In this document: positions 36,469 to 49,600 of the stretch, in pieces
Position numbering within the stretch: position 1 is the stretch's first letter
How the letters are laid out: each line of letters begins with the position of its first letter
Assembly: GCA_964016885.1 (NCBI GenBank)
Contig: OZ024740.1
Span: 304,234,001-304,298,000, forward strand
Source: Eledone cirrhosa
Lineage: Eukaryota
Direction of reading: 5' to 3'
Length of the DNA stretch: 64,000 bases
The notes under the pieces: model-generated
What the model was told of the DNA's origin: nothing
Database searches by the model: none
Seen by the model: only the letters and a program-made list of their open reading frames with translations
Position numbers and translations under genes: made by a program

Positions 36469-39428
36469 TTAATTTAAATTTGAATACTATATAGTTTTTT
36501 TTCGAACCCACTCATCCTAGAAACCTTTGAAAGAAAGATGCTGAATTATAGTTATAGGATACACTGTCTGAATAAAAGAAAAGGTGGTCATGGCTGGAAT
36601 GCTTTTAATTAAAAAAAAATGTCCTCAGCCAGAGCTGCCCTGCAGTTACACCAAAGTAGAATTTTTTATTGTTAAAACCAATCAGGGGATCGAAGGGTAG
36701 ACGCCCAGGCAAGATGGTTGGATAACATTCATGAGCTTGGCTGATCTCGCTTGGTGATCCAGCTGGATCAATTGCAGACAGTTGCTTCTGACAGGACCTG
36801 CTGGAAGGAGTGTTTGAGGTCTCTGCCCCCACAACCCTCTCAGGAATAGGTGGGCGAAGAAGACTTTCTATTTTCCACTTAATTTAGAAACTCGGTGAGT
36901 TCTAGTAAGAAGACAGGTCCTTGATACCATTGGTGAAATAGCCATGCTCAATATGTAAAAGAAAAAGACACATAGTGTGTATTGGGGCCCACAAGCAGGA
37001 TAATTAATAATGTAAACTTTACATATGTGGCAGATGCACAGAAACAATAAGCATTAAGAACACCCAAGGAATAAACTCTCTCTAATGTTCAGGTGGTTCT
37101 AAAAGTAGTTGACAGCTTTTGTTACTTCAGTAAGTTAATTAGCAAGTGAGATAGGTTTTCTTTCAAACAGTGTAGCTAGTGTAAGAATCAATTGGAGAGC
37201 TGTTACCACATCTGACAACTAAGAATTTTTCTCTTAGAGTCAAAGGTGGGATTGTAAGATGCTTGTGTTCAAATTGTGATGCAGCATCACAGCTAGCCAG
37301 GGGCCATGAATGTAGGGGATTTCTAGAGACAAGAAAGAAGAGGATGCATTAGATATATCTGGCAATCTCCCCTCTCTAGCACTCCTCCATCCACTCTCCT
37401 ATTTGCTGCACAATGCAAGCCACAGTATTTTTTGTCCAGTCCATATTCACCTCCTTCCTGTCAGTAATCTCATCAGTTTATTTCCTTCATAAATGAGAAT
37501 CAGATCCATTTCTACCCATAAATTCCATCACCTCATCCCCTCAAAATCATTCCTCATTGATATATATCACTCCCTTGTTGATCATTCTTCATTCTTCTGT
37601 GCCTTCTTCTACTGCTCCTCCTCATTCCATTACACTCTATATCTCTTACCCTTAGCCACTCTCTGAATGTTGCTGCCTTGATTAAATGGTAACAAATTAA
37701 GGTAGTGAATACCCTTTAATCTTGCAAGTCCCAGGGCTAGCACTGGTGCCATGACAATTGGTACCAATTATACTCTGTAAAGTAGTATCAGCCAAACTGA
37801 GATCATGTGGGTTTGAGAAGACCCCGTAATAACTTCTCTGGTGCTGGTACCACGATCAAAGGCACCTAGTACACTCTGTACAGTGGTTGGTTTTAGGAAG
37901 GACCTGCCAAAATGGAACATGAATGATTGAATTTCTCCAGACTGTCAAGTCTCAAAGTGTGACAAGTCAATGTAAATGATGATGCTTTCCTTTTCATAGA
38001 TATGATGACATTGCACATGATATATGGTATTTGTGGTATCCATGTCTCACTTTAGATATTCCATTTTGCAGACAGGAAATGGAAGACCATTTGAAATAGC
38101 AACCCTCTGAACTTATAATTACTATAATTCCATAGTATATGAAAATATTTGGTAAAAGCTTTGGAATTGCTGTTTAGCCTCAAGTTAGTACTGATCTAAC
38201 ACATCTACATTCAGAAGTATTCCAGCTGTAACCATTCCATTTTTTTTTTTCCCCAAGCATTATTTACCTTGGACTACATTATTGAATGTGCATTTTTTTA
38301 AGATGGTAGGACTGTGATTTGAGTGTTGTCTGGCTGCTGTTTCTTGCTGAGTGAAGGATATGATTTGTAGCAAGTATAACTAGGCCTCAGGAGTGTGTGT
38401 TTAAAAAATATATATAAACAAAAACCTGATAATTCAATTCTGCTCTGGAACATAGGATACAACACTTAACATGTAACAAATAGATTATTTAGTAAATGTC
38501 AAATATCTGTATGAAGTTTACATACCAACAGTTGTTGAAAAGGTGGAGGCTTGCTTGAGGGCATCTGTGTGATAATGATACACTAGAAATTCTAGGTGCA
38601 ATTGCATAGTCAGCAGAGATTATATGTTGTAAATCTGCTTGGTATATTTGTGTAGTAAGGTAAGATTTTGAGTAAATGAAAGAAATATTTTTGTTTGTTT
38701 AAACCAAGGGTTAGAGCACTGTTTTAGTACCAAGGATGAATTTTACAGGCACATAGGAAACTGTTGAGAGGGGATGTCAGTGCTGAGAACATCAGTCTTT
38801 AATTTTACAAGTTAAGATATGGGGTTCCTCTGAAGGGTCTTTGGAGTAACATTACTTGATAGAGAGCATAGCTCCAGGTAGAGCTGCTACTTCTCCGAAT
38901 TGAGAGATCACAGCTCCGATACTATGGGCATATGGTTAGTATGTCTTGGGAAAAGAATCGTTGGACAGATTTTACGAGCAAAACCAATTGGCAGGAGAAA
39001 CGGGAGTAGACCCCGAAAAAGATGGATAACATCCCTGAGATCGGCTGGTCTTGCTTGGGGATCCAACCAGATCTATTGGGAACAGTTTCTTCTGACAGGA
39101 CCTGCTTGAAGAAGTATTTGAGGACCCTGCCCCCACAACCCTCTCGGGAATAAGTGGGCAAAAAAGATATGCAATTTATATTAAACTAGTTTATAACCGG
39201 TTGTTTTACAAATAGAGTATGTACTAATGATTTTATGAAACTAAAAAGTGATGTTTCTACATTATACATATGTATCTATCTACCCCTCTCTCTCTCTCTC
39301 TATGTATATTGATAGATAGATATAGATATATAGTGAGTGTGTGTATATATACCAAGCAAGTAATGAATAAATCAATCCATATATTTTTTCCATTTAATCT
39401 CCACAATTTGATATTGTTCGCTATTTAA

Positions 39429-39632
39429 CTCTTTAGTTACAAATCCGGCCAAAACCAGCTCTGGTTCTATGAAATAAAATCATCCATTATGAAAGTTTCA
39501 ATTTAAATAAAAATCTTCCAACATAATTTTGTATATGAACCTTATATTAGCTTACTATATTAGTAATGAAATAATTAATAGTTTTAGTAAATCCCTCAAA
39601 ATTCTTCATTAATTAATTAAAATAGTGTGTGG
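39429..39632 (-). mobile_element. MITE family 2
   Basis: internal identity to 36259-36468. Confidence 0.8.
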
Positions 39633-40770
39633 TTAAATTTGATGTTAGTAAATCAATAGGGGTAGTGCTCACCAATTGTGCCAAAACCAAGCTTAAATAA
39701 GCCCTGGGGTTGGTATGTTAAATTAAATCTTTGAAAGTGGTGTCAGTTTTGTTGCAGGCCAACGTCTGAAATCACTTACAAAATCTAATATATGCATATA
39801 TATTTTATGTACATATAATGTGTGTGTGTAATGTATAATACCTGTTGCCAGGCAACAAAGCTACAGTACCAATATATATATATATATATGCTGTGTGTGG
39901 GTGTGTGTGAGAGAGAGAAACACTCTCTGACAGATATAAAGCTGAGCTCTGGCATGAATGAAAGCAACAAAAAAGAACATTCTAGTTAAGTTAGATTGTC
40001 AACATCAGTGTGACAACCAAAGATGGCTCCTATTACAATATACATTACTACTTTGGCATTAAAACTTTTTTACAGTTGGAATTTAAAAAAAAACTTTATC
40101 AGTAGATATTTAAAATTTGAATGTGGGCAAAATTTCACCCACAAGTAAGGGTTTTCCTTACTTTTGTTTTAGCCGTACAAATTCATAATCTGTAGAGAAA
40201 AGGATTTCCTTTTTTTTTTATTCCTTAAATGTGATGGTGTCTTAGTGCTGTTTTGTACTGTTCAAGAATATCTTGCTAGTGTGGTTTCATGTGGTACAGG
40301 ATGTTAAGAGTTAAACTTTACATCTCGATGATATTACTGCAATTTTATTGACAAATGACGAGTTGAATTCAATGAGATTTGAAGTTGCAGACAAGGGCTT
40401 TGACTGTCCAGTGAAACATTCCTGGTGCTATCTCTGGTAGGGATATCTGTGTGTCATTACTCATGCAGTCATTCGCTTAAAAGCTTTTCAACTTTGGGAT
40501 TCTGCCAGTACAAGTATACACTCAGAAAATGTGACTATGGTGTTCATTCTTTTCTCAAGATATATAACTTGTTCATAGTATTAACTGTAATATGAATCTG
40601 CACTAAGTGAACTTCTTTTGGCATTTTTCCAATCTTATGGGGCCTAAATATAAGTTACACTAGTAATGATGATGATGCTGTATTTTAAAAGTTCCTTGGT
40701 ACTGAGGCACACTTGGTTGATAATTTACACAAAATAAAAATGTAGTCTGACAACTCATCAGATTTTTACC

Positions 40771-41093
40771 TACTCTCGAGTCCCAAATAATAGGGGTGGT
40801 TGGAAAATTGGTAATTTTTCTAGGTTGTCTTGTTTGTTTTTTTTTTAAAACAGAATTAGTTGTTTAGTTTACATATTGCGACCCCAACCCATCCTATTTA
40901 TTTCATAACATATGGGATTTCTACTAATGTTCTTTTTTTTCATGTATAATGTTTTTTAATGGCTAAAGAAAATTGTCACAGGAATGCTACCACAGAAACA
41001 GATTAGCAAAATTTAATAAGCAGGGGGCAGGATGGAAAAAATCTGAAAAATTCATAGGTGGGGGGAGGTGAGATTATTCGAGACCTGAGAGTA
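40771..41093. mobile_element. TA-flanked TIR MITE (Tc1/mariner-like)
   Basis: TACTCTCGAGTCCCAAATAA ... TTATTCGAGACCTGAGAGTA imperfect TIRs; relatives at 54481-54759, 55060-55240, ~2670-2737. Confidence 0.7.
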
Positions 41094-41121
41094 AATATTA
41101 TCTATCAAGAATATTTTTTAA

Positions 41122-41325
41122 CCCTTAACATCCTGTAATGATTTAGCAGAAAATATTTGAATTAATAAATCTATTTTTTTTTTTTTATAGATGATTATAG
41201 TTTCTTTACTAGTAGACAGATCATTGTGAAAATTTGCAGTAGTAGACTGTCATTTTTAATATACAATCCTAGTACTATTTTGTACTTTTTCAGTATGTCT
41301 TGCTAATGTAGTTTGATATAGTACA
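41122..41325 (+). mobile_element. TTAA-type MITE family 3
   Basis: TTAA|CCCTTAACATCCTGTA; matching right end TACAGGATGTTAAGAG|TTAA seen at ~40295-40314; also ~3929-4030 and ~41660-42080. Confidence 0.65.
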
Positions 41326-41787
41326 AGTTTGATATAATTCAATCCAATGATTCAGTGCTTTGTTTCCTACTCTACTTACTTAGTGTCTCATATTACTTTG
41401 TCCCAATTTCAGTTACAACAAAGCTTTGTCCATTTATCACTATCTAGTTTGTATATACTCCATCAACTACTAACAAAGTGAAACATGTTCGATAGATTCA
41501 TTTTTTTTATCTGCATCGTCTAAATCAATTTTTATGATTATTGAAAATATCTAAAAGAAAAGATTGGAGAATTTTATTTATTTCAGCCTAAAGGGAATGT
41601 CTAGATCTAAAGTGGGTTTCACAAAAGAATTCTGGGTTCCATGAGATAGGTGTCCTTAACACTTAAAACCCTGGAATAATTTAGCAGAAAATATCTAAAA
41701 ATAAGTTTCTTAATTCATATCTTTATACTATCTTTACTGGTGGACTGATTTTGTGAAAATTTACTGTAAACTAATGTGAAGACTTAA

Positions 41788-42009
41788 CCCTTCAGTTTCC
41801 AACCCCAAACCGGTTCTGGTTCTCTGGAATAAAACCACCCATTTTAAAGGTTTCCAATTTATATTAAAATCTTCCAACATAATTTTATATAAGAACCTTA
41901 CATTAAGTTACTATCTTAGTAATGAAATAATTAATAATTTTAGTAAGTCCCTCAAAATTCTTCATTAATTGAAATAGTGTATTTCATTAGAAATGTGCTC
42001 ATGAAAGGT
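41788..42009 (-). mobile_element. MITE family 2 nested in a family 3 copy
   Basis: TTAA at 41784-87 and 42010-13; family 3 sequence resumes after 42013. Confidence 0.8.
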
Positions 42010-43800
42010 TTAAATATTTAATGTAATGTTGTCATATTGTTTTGTACTTTTCAAGAATGTTTTGCTCATGCAGTTTCATGGATGGTGGGAATTTATTTAA
42101 TGATTTTTTGAAAATTCATATAAGGGTTTTGTGACAAAATAAGTATGGGAACCATGGGGCTTGACAAAAGATTTTTTTTTTGTTGTTTTTTTATTCTATT
42201 TTTTGATGCAATTGATATTCATGTTTTCATGTCAGCACAGTAAATTTGAAAAGTGAATATTATTGGAATTGTTTGCATTTCCTGACACTAATCTCTCAAA
42301 TATGAAGAAAATGTGGTGCATGTTGTCAGCTAGCCAGACTGCTGCAGACAGGATAAGGTAATCTATGAATATCATATACTGACTGCAGCAATTTTTAAAC
42401 TTGTAACTATACTTGTGCTCTCATAGTAATAAAGTCTGGGTTTATAATATGGAAGGAGTAAATGCAAAGTGATGGTATAGACAACATGGAGATAATCATG
42501 TCATATCATCATCTTCATACATCTGCTTTCCATGCTGGTATGGGTTGGACAGGTTGTCACAGTCTATTGAATGTTTTATCATGGGGCCTGCACTAGAGAT
42601 GCTGTCATGAGTGAGACTTTCAGCTTACTGGAAATAGTTTAATCTAGCTAATTTCACTTATAAAACAAATTATAATCAGTCAGTTTGTGTACTTTAAAAT
42701 TCCCTAAAACCTTATTACAAATTGAGATAATTGGCATCCATAATATTTGTCTTTAAAGAGCACAAATCTTTTAATTTAAATAAATAGGAATTATAAAATG
42801 TTTTCCTAAACATTTCATGACAATTTACCATTATCTGGTTTCTATTCAACATGTAACATTATGTAGGATCATCAATTCCTTCTGGTTTTAATTATGGAAC
42901 AATACAGATTTGTCGCTAATTCTTAGGAGATTCAGCTATTCTATTTCATTTAATTAATAAAGAATCCTCAGGTATTTACTTAAATTATTAATTATTTCAT
43001 TACTAAGATAGTAACTTAATGTAAGCTTCTTTTATAAAATTATGTCTGAACATTTTAATTTAAATTAGAAACTTTCAAAATGGGGGGTTTTATTTCATAG
43101 AACCAGAGCTGGTTTTGGTCGGATTGGCAAGTAAAGGATTAAAATGTGAAGTAACGTTCCGACCATCAGCTTACTAATGAAAAATTCATTTCACAAAATT
43201 CTTTGAAGTTTTTAATTATCTTAAGAATTAATTTAAATTTATTGAGAGTGTATTTCACAAGAAATATGATAATGAAGGTGTTAAACTCTGGCTATTATTG
43301 TCACATTGGGGCCAGATTGGCAGAGTCATTAGAATATTGGATAGAATGCTTTGCAGTATTTGTTCTGGTTTACTGCTCTCTGAGCTCAAATCACGCTGAG
43401 GTCAATTTTGCCTTTTATCCATTCCAGGTTGATAAAAAAACAGTACCAATCAAGTACTGGGGTAAATTTTTTTCTCACTTCCATTGTCTTACTCTCTATC
43501 CTTCTCTGGAAGAAATCTGCTGTACTGAGAGCTGAAGCGGAGATGGCTCTGCCAGGTTTAAAAATGCCCTAGAAATGCCATATGTCAATATGGGCCTTGC
43601 CATTACTATTACATGAAATCAATCAACATTGTGGAATAAGAAGCAAAATTGTCCTTGTTTTATTGGATCTCCTAAAATTCACTTCTGTAAAGCTATTTAC
43701 AATCATTGATTCATTTGTTTAAATATTGTTTTAAAAAAAAACATCTTTTTGTTGCTTAGCCTCAGATCACCCAGATGAACCAAAAATGTTATGATCAAAG

Positions 43801-44699
43801 ACCTGCCAGCTGTGATCTCCCACCTGTATTATTTTTGTTTCCAGACCTACTCTGTATGTTGCATGGTCACCTATGTAGGTTTAGCTGGCCTCCTACTAGG
43901 TTGTATCTCATAGGAGGTTTTAATGATAGTATAGGACTACATTATCCAATATGAATATGAAATTATCACAGGCATCAATTTTAACCCTTTACCTTTCACA
44001 CTACTCTATATTTACTATTGTATTTTCACAGAAATTATCTCACATAATATTGAATCTACGAGCTTTTGATTTTATTTATTTTGAGAATAATTACTTAATG
44101 TAGGTATGAGCGGCTGGTTACAACCGGATTGAACAGAGGGAGGTGAGAGAATTCTGGCCGAAAATGTCCAGTTTAAATGCTAAAGAGTTAATGATAATTC
44201 AAATACTGATCAGCTTTACAATTCATTCTACTAAGAGCAGTAAAATAACTGAGTAATTCAATTAAATTCACAAAAATCATAAAGGATAAACTAAATCCTC
44301 AAACCTGGTTTAAAGAAATCTTTAATTTGTTTTACAATTGAAATATAGCAAATTTAATATTTTTAACTGTAAAATAACATCCCTTATTCATCTATATTTA
44401 CACAACTTTACTACTGTTAACAACACGGACCAATAATGGAACACTTATATTGAACCTGTTAAAACCAACTGACAGACCCCAACCTATCGATTAAAAAAGG
44501 AAAAAGACAGTGGATAATGTAGTTCTATACACATGATAGGACTGGGGCCTCTATCATTAAAACACCAAAGAGACCTATGAGATACAACCTTGAAGGAGGC
44601 CAGCTAAACCTACATAGGTGTAAGCTTTAACAAAAACATACAGAGTAGGTCTGAAAGAAAAATAATAATAATCTGGGTGGGAGATCACAGCTGGCAGGT
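43801..44699. repeat. long inverted repeat (arms 43801-43929 and 44551-44699)
   Basis: perfect complementary blocks of 24, 19, 27, 17 and 13 bp. Confidence 0.92.
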
Positions 44700-46059
44700 A
44701 TTGAATCAACAAGATGTTTTTTTTTTTTTTTTTTTTTTTGTATTGGACTACAGAGAATAAATGTTTGCTCTCTGTAGTGTTTTACCATTTTTCTTTCATT
44801 ACCAACTCAACTATAACCTTTCTTTTTCATATTTATGTCATTATTAATGGCTTTTAAGCCAACTTAGTGAGTGAAACACATGTATTGAGAATAAAAAAAT
44901 TATCTGACACTTCTATAGAATGGCTACCCAAGGACTTTTTATTTATTTATCAGAAATGTCTGTCAAAATTAATGAATGTGTTTTCTATTCTCTTAATTGT
45001 CTGAAAATTATGGCTTGGAATGTAGTCTTTCCCTTAAGAATTCCATGAGGTGATGAGTTAGTTCTCTTTGTAAAATATATTTTTAAAAAAAAAACATGCA
45101 AATATGTATATATGTTTCAATAGAGTTCTCTTATTTTTAACTATAAAAAATGTCTTAATTGGCTCTTTCATTTATTGTGAAGTATTTTACAGACTCAATT
45201 GTTATATTGTTATAAAGATAGACCTCTCTGGGTATTGGTTTTCATAGTTTTCTATTCATTTTTATAATGCTAGAAGGATATACTAATGAACATAATTTCT
45301 CATCATAGTTGCTACATAAACAATTTATAATAATTTGAACTCAGAAATGCCCTCCCCACTCAACTAAATAACATACGTCAATATCTTAGTTATTACATTA
45401 CTCATGAAAACAGCAAATGATTCCACTTGTCTACTGCCTGCTGCACTGTGGTCAGTGTGAATTGGATATTAGCATGTTAACCAATATAGAAAATATCTAC
45501 ATATACAATCAATACAACTATGAAGCTATAGAGGCAACTAACCTTGAAAATATGGTATATTGCTATTAGTTTTCAATTCTCTGTAGACTGCTTATGCCAG
45601 CATGGCAAAGCAAATGTTATGGTGGTGATGATTATCAATGTAATTTTCATTATTTGGTTAAATAAAATAAATAAAAAAGAAATGCTGTATATATCCAACT
45701 AGATGTTATTACATATTAACTGGGTTAATATTATCTGGCTTTATATTATTTATTTTTATTTTTATTATGAGTGCAAACCACAAGCTCCATGAATCAATGA
45801 TTTTCAAGCTTGTTAACAAAAATAATATATTTAATAAAAGATAGGGGCAGTATTGGTGCTTATCTAAATCTGTCTCAAGCCAGGAGGCTCATCAGGCTGG
45901 TGCTTATCCCAGTTCCCTGGCATGAAACGACTGAGAGTATGACACCCCCACTCCCCACCCCAGACAAGACGTCAGTCCATCTCGGACTTAAACACTCCAC
46001 TTATTGGGACTGCCGTGGCTACCTGCAAGGTAGAGTGACTGTTGCAGCACATCTCCGTC

Positions 46060-46198
46060 ATCACAACAATGTCAATGGCCACTCCAACAACACTGTTAAG
46101 CTGTGTTGTCATCACAACAATAACCACTCCAATAATACTGTCACAGCTGTGTTATCACCACAACAATAAAACCACTCCATCAACACTGTCAACAGCAG
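46060..46198. repeat. ~45-48-bp tandem repeat x3
   Basis: CCACTCCA.CAACACTGT-like core at ~46079, 46124 and 46172. Confidence 0.8.
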
Positions 46199-48479
46199 TA
46201 TGAAACAATTAATTTCACAAATGTAACATGTCAATAATGACAATAGCAAAACATTTTCGGGGATTCAATGAAATATCTAAGCTTCTCAGTAGTAAGCTGA
46301 TATTTAGAAGATCACTTAACAAACATTTCTAAAATACATTTATAGTGGAAGGATTATATGTAAGAATACATATAATAAATAAATAATTTTGATTCGTAAA
46401 TCCTGGACAGTTTCAAAAACGTTGGTATTAAAAGAACTAATGAGATTTATACAATTGCCTCCAAAACTAGTTTGTAAATTTGAGTCTATTAGGCATGTTA
46501 TTTTCATCATCATCATTGTTTAACATCCCTTTTTCCTTGCTAGCATGGGTTAGATGTGTAAATATCTGAAACTGTACACTTAACATCGTCACAAATACAC
46601 TTTGTAGACTCTGATATAGTTTTCCTGCCTCTGATGTAAAAGCTCATTCATTTACTAGTTTATTTTCATGTATTGGGTTTACATTGCTGCCTTACCATGC
46701 TTGAATAGAGAGAATGTCTTTTTGTTTTTTTTGTCTATATTTAGAACTTGATACTTTTCATGTAACTTACCACTCAGCCATAAAAGTTGGAGCAGGGATT
46801 GGGTTGTTAGCCATAGCAAAGTTAGGTACTGTGTCCAGATTTACATCAATAGCTATGGTAATAATATTAGTGATGACTGTGGTCTGTAGTTTGCTCTTTC
46901 ATTATCCTATTTCTGATAATGCAGCCTTGCTGTTTCAATTAAATTTGAATCAAGGATTTAGTAGTATAATCTTAAGTTAAAGTTCAGAACATTTCTTTAA
47001 ACAATACATAAAATAATGGTGAAAGGTTTTAATATAATTATGAACATTTTATGTCACCAAAGCAGTTGGTTGGTAGCAAAAAGTTCAATTGTTCCAATAT
47101 TATCTCAGAAAACTGATTTATGACAGACAAAGTTTTAGAATTAATTGTAAAATATTAAATTAAAAAAATATTGAATAGTAGATTTTACTTGTTTGTTCTG
47201 CTGGTGGGGAAAACTTTTTTTTTCTTTCTTTTTCTATTGCTTCTGTGTGGATTTTCTCTGTGTTTGTAGCAAGATACTGTTCTGAAATTTTAAACAGTAA
47301 ATTGTATATTTGATTGTTAACTGCACCTCTAGTTTTACTTCAATTCAGCATTGAAGGCAGCAAATTTAATAATATGAGGTATATGTGTGTGTGTATGTAT
47401 GCATGCACAATCCTGTAACTCCTGATGGAGTTGTAGAGGTGCCATATTGACATGTGGCATTTCTACGGTATTTTTTAAAACCTGGCAGAGCCCATTTCCT
47501 CTCTATGTCTGAATACAGCAGATTTCTTCCGGAGAAGGATAGAGTGAGTGAGTGAAGGGAAGTGAGAAAGCGATATAGAAGAAAGATCAGCCCCAGTACT
47601 TTTTTATTGACCTTAAATCAATGAAAGGTAAAGTTGACCACGGCGTTGTTTAAACTCAGAGAGCTGAAACAAATACCACAAAGAATTCTATCCCACTTCT
47701 AACAACTGCCAATTCACTGCCTATATGTGTGTATAGTGCATTGTCAAACCTTTGTCTGCATACACACACCCACAGTTAGAGCTTTTTGTGCACAGTTAGT
47801 TGTCTACATGTAATTGAATCTTTTAACTGGATTTGACTTGGTTTACTTAACTTTCAATATAAAATGTTTCCAGTTGCTTGATCTTTTTCATTCTTCTTGC
47901 CTTCACTAACTTTTGATTGAAATCTTTGTATTTTATTTTAAATGTAACCATTATAGACTATATAATTTTATTGTTAGTCTTTACCCACTGTAGTTATGTT
48001 AAACCCCAAACTCTTACTCTTCTAGACAAATATGGGTGGGTGCATGTACATAACTTGTGTGAGTGCATATATAATAAAGAAATTTGAGAGAGGCATATGC
48101 TCTGTTGGACAGATCTGGAATAATATATGCACACGTGTGTATGAATGTGTAAGATTATGTATTACTGAAGTTAGTATATGTTTGTAACCATGTTACAGTT
48201 TGGTAGTAACTTTATGTGGAACATTGACATTATAAACTAATCTCTCTAATATTATATGGTATTAGGCCATGTATGATTTGAAAGTTATTTTTGATATTTT
48301 AACTTGAAGTTTTACAGCTTCTGTTTTTACAGCTTCTGTTTTATGACAGTTGTGGGGTACGATGAAAGAATCCTATATAAAAACTTGACTTGAAACCTTA
48401 TTACAATAAATATACAGTTCTTACAGGGAATTAAATATTCACTTATTTTCAGCTAGATAGTCTGAGTTTGGCGGTACAT

Positions 48480-49600
48480 CTACTTCACTCTTAACCTGAC
48501 AGGTGATTGAAATCATCCTCTCGGGCATGTCTTTCCACATTCCCACTCACAGCCTCAGGTCACCAAATGGTTCAGTCAGCTGTGTTGTAATATTTCAGGA
48601 AAAGAACATAGTCTACTTGGAGATAATTACTTACCCTTACAAACTCAGTAGCACTTAGTCTACACTGCAACTCCTACAAGCTATTTCCCTGTTTTTACAG
48701 AGATATATCCTGATCTTTGAAAATATGCTATAGTTTGTCTCATTCTCAAGAAGGGCAACCCTCTTTGGCTCTACTAACGAATGTTTTCCAGTATCTGATT
48801 ATGGGGACAGCTATTAACATGAGCCTTCCCCAACACATTGAGTTTCTCTCCATTTTTATGGATCTCTAATATGGCTTTTGTAAAAACCAGATATATACTG
48901 TTATGTCACTCATTAAGGCACTCCTCTGCTCTTTAGAAATTTGGTGAAGTGTTGTTGCCCATTCTTGGTATGTGCTGATAGCACTCTCATTCATTTGCTA
49001 TCAGCTTTTGTTCGGTTTTGTCCCCACACTCTTCCTGCTATATAAACAGCGAACTTGCTGTCACCTCCAACAATGCCCACTTCTCTGCAGATGATACAAT
49101 ACCACCTTTTTCTCCTCCTTTTTCACTTCCACACCCGGACACTTCAATGCTATATTTACACTAACTCTATGAACATAGACCATGAAAACATCCTACATAC
49201 TAATCTTGTTTCTATCAATGGCAGAAAGACAATCATTCACATACCAGGAAACATCACACTTTCTCCTTAAATACGAATGACACACAGCAGAAGTCTCACA
49301 AGACCACTCTACTGATTGACACTGTCACTCACCAAAGCACTCCAATCTCTAGCTTACTGATGTATTGTCTCTCCTCTCCTCCTTCTTTACTGCTACTACA
49401 ATAGACTCTGCTCTTCAAACCTATCTGATGTGTCATCACTTAGGCATTGTTGATTCATGTGTAGCCCCCTCCTTGCTTTGCACTAGCCACTGCATCCAGT
49501 CCTTCCCATAATCCCTCTCCGCACATGATTAATTTATAGCTGTTGCCATGTAATTGTTTTAAGGGAATGTTAACGGCATCAATGACACCTGTCTGTGCTG
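48480..49600 (+). mobile_element. highly decayed CR1/Jockey-group LINE
   Basis: remnants resembling KKGN, YGF, ADDT, FFYCYYNRLCS. Confidence 0.5.
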
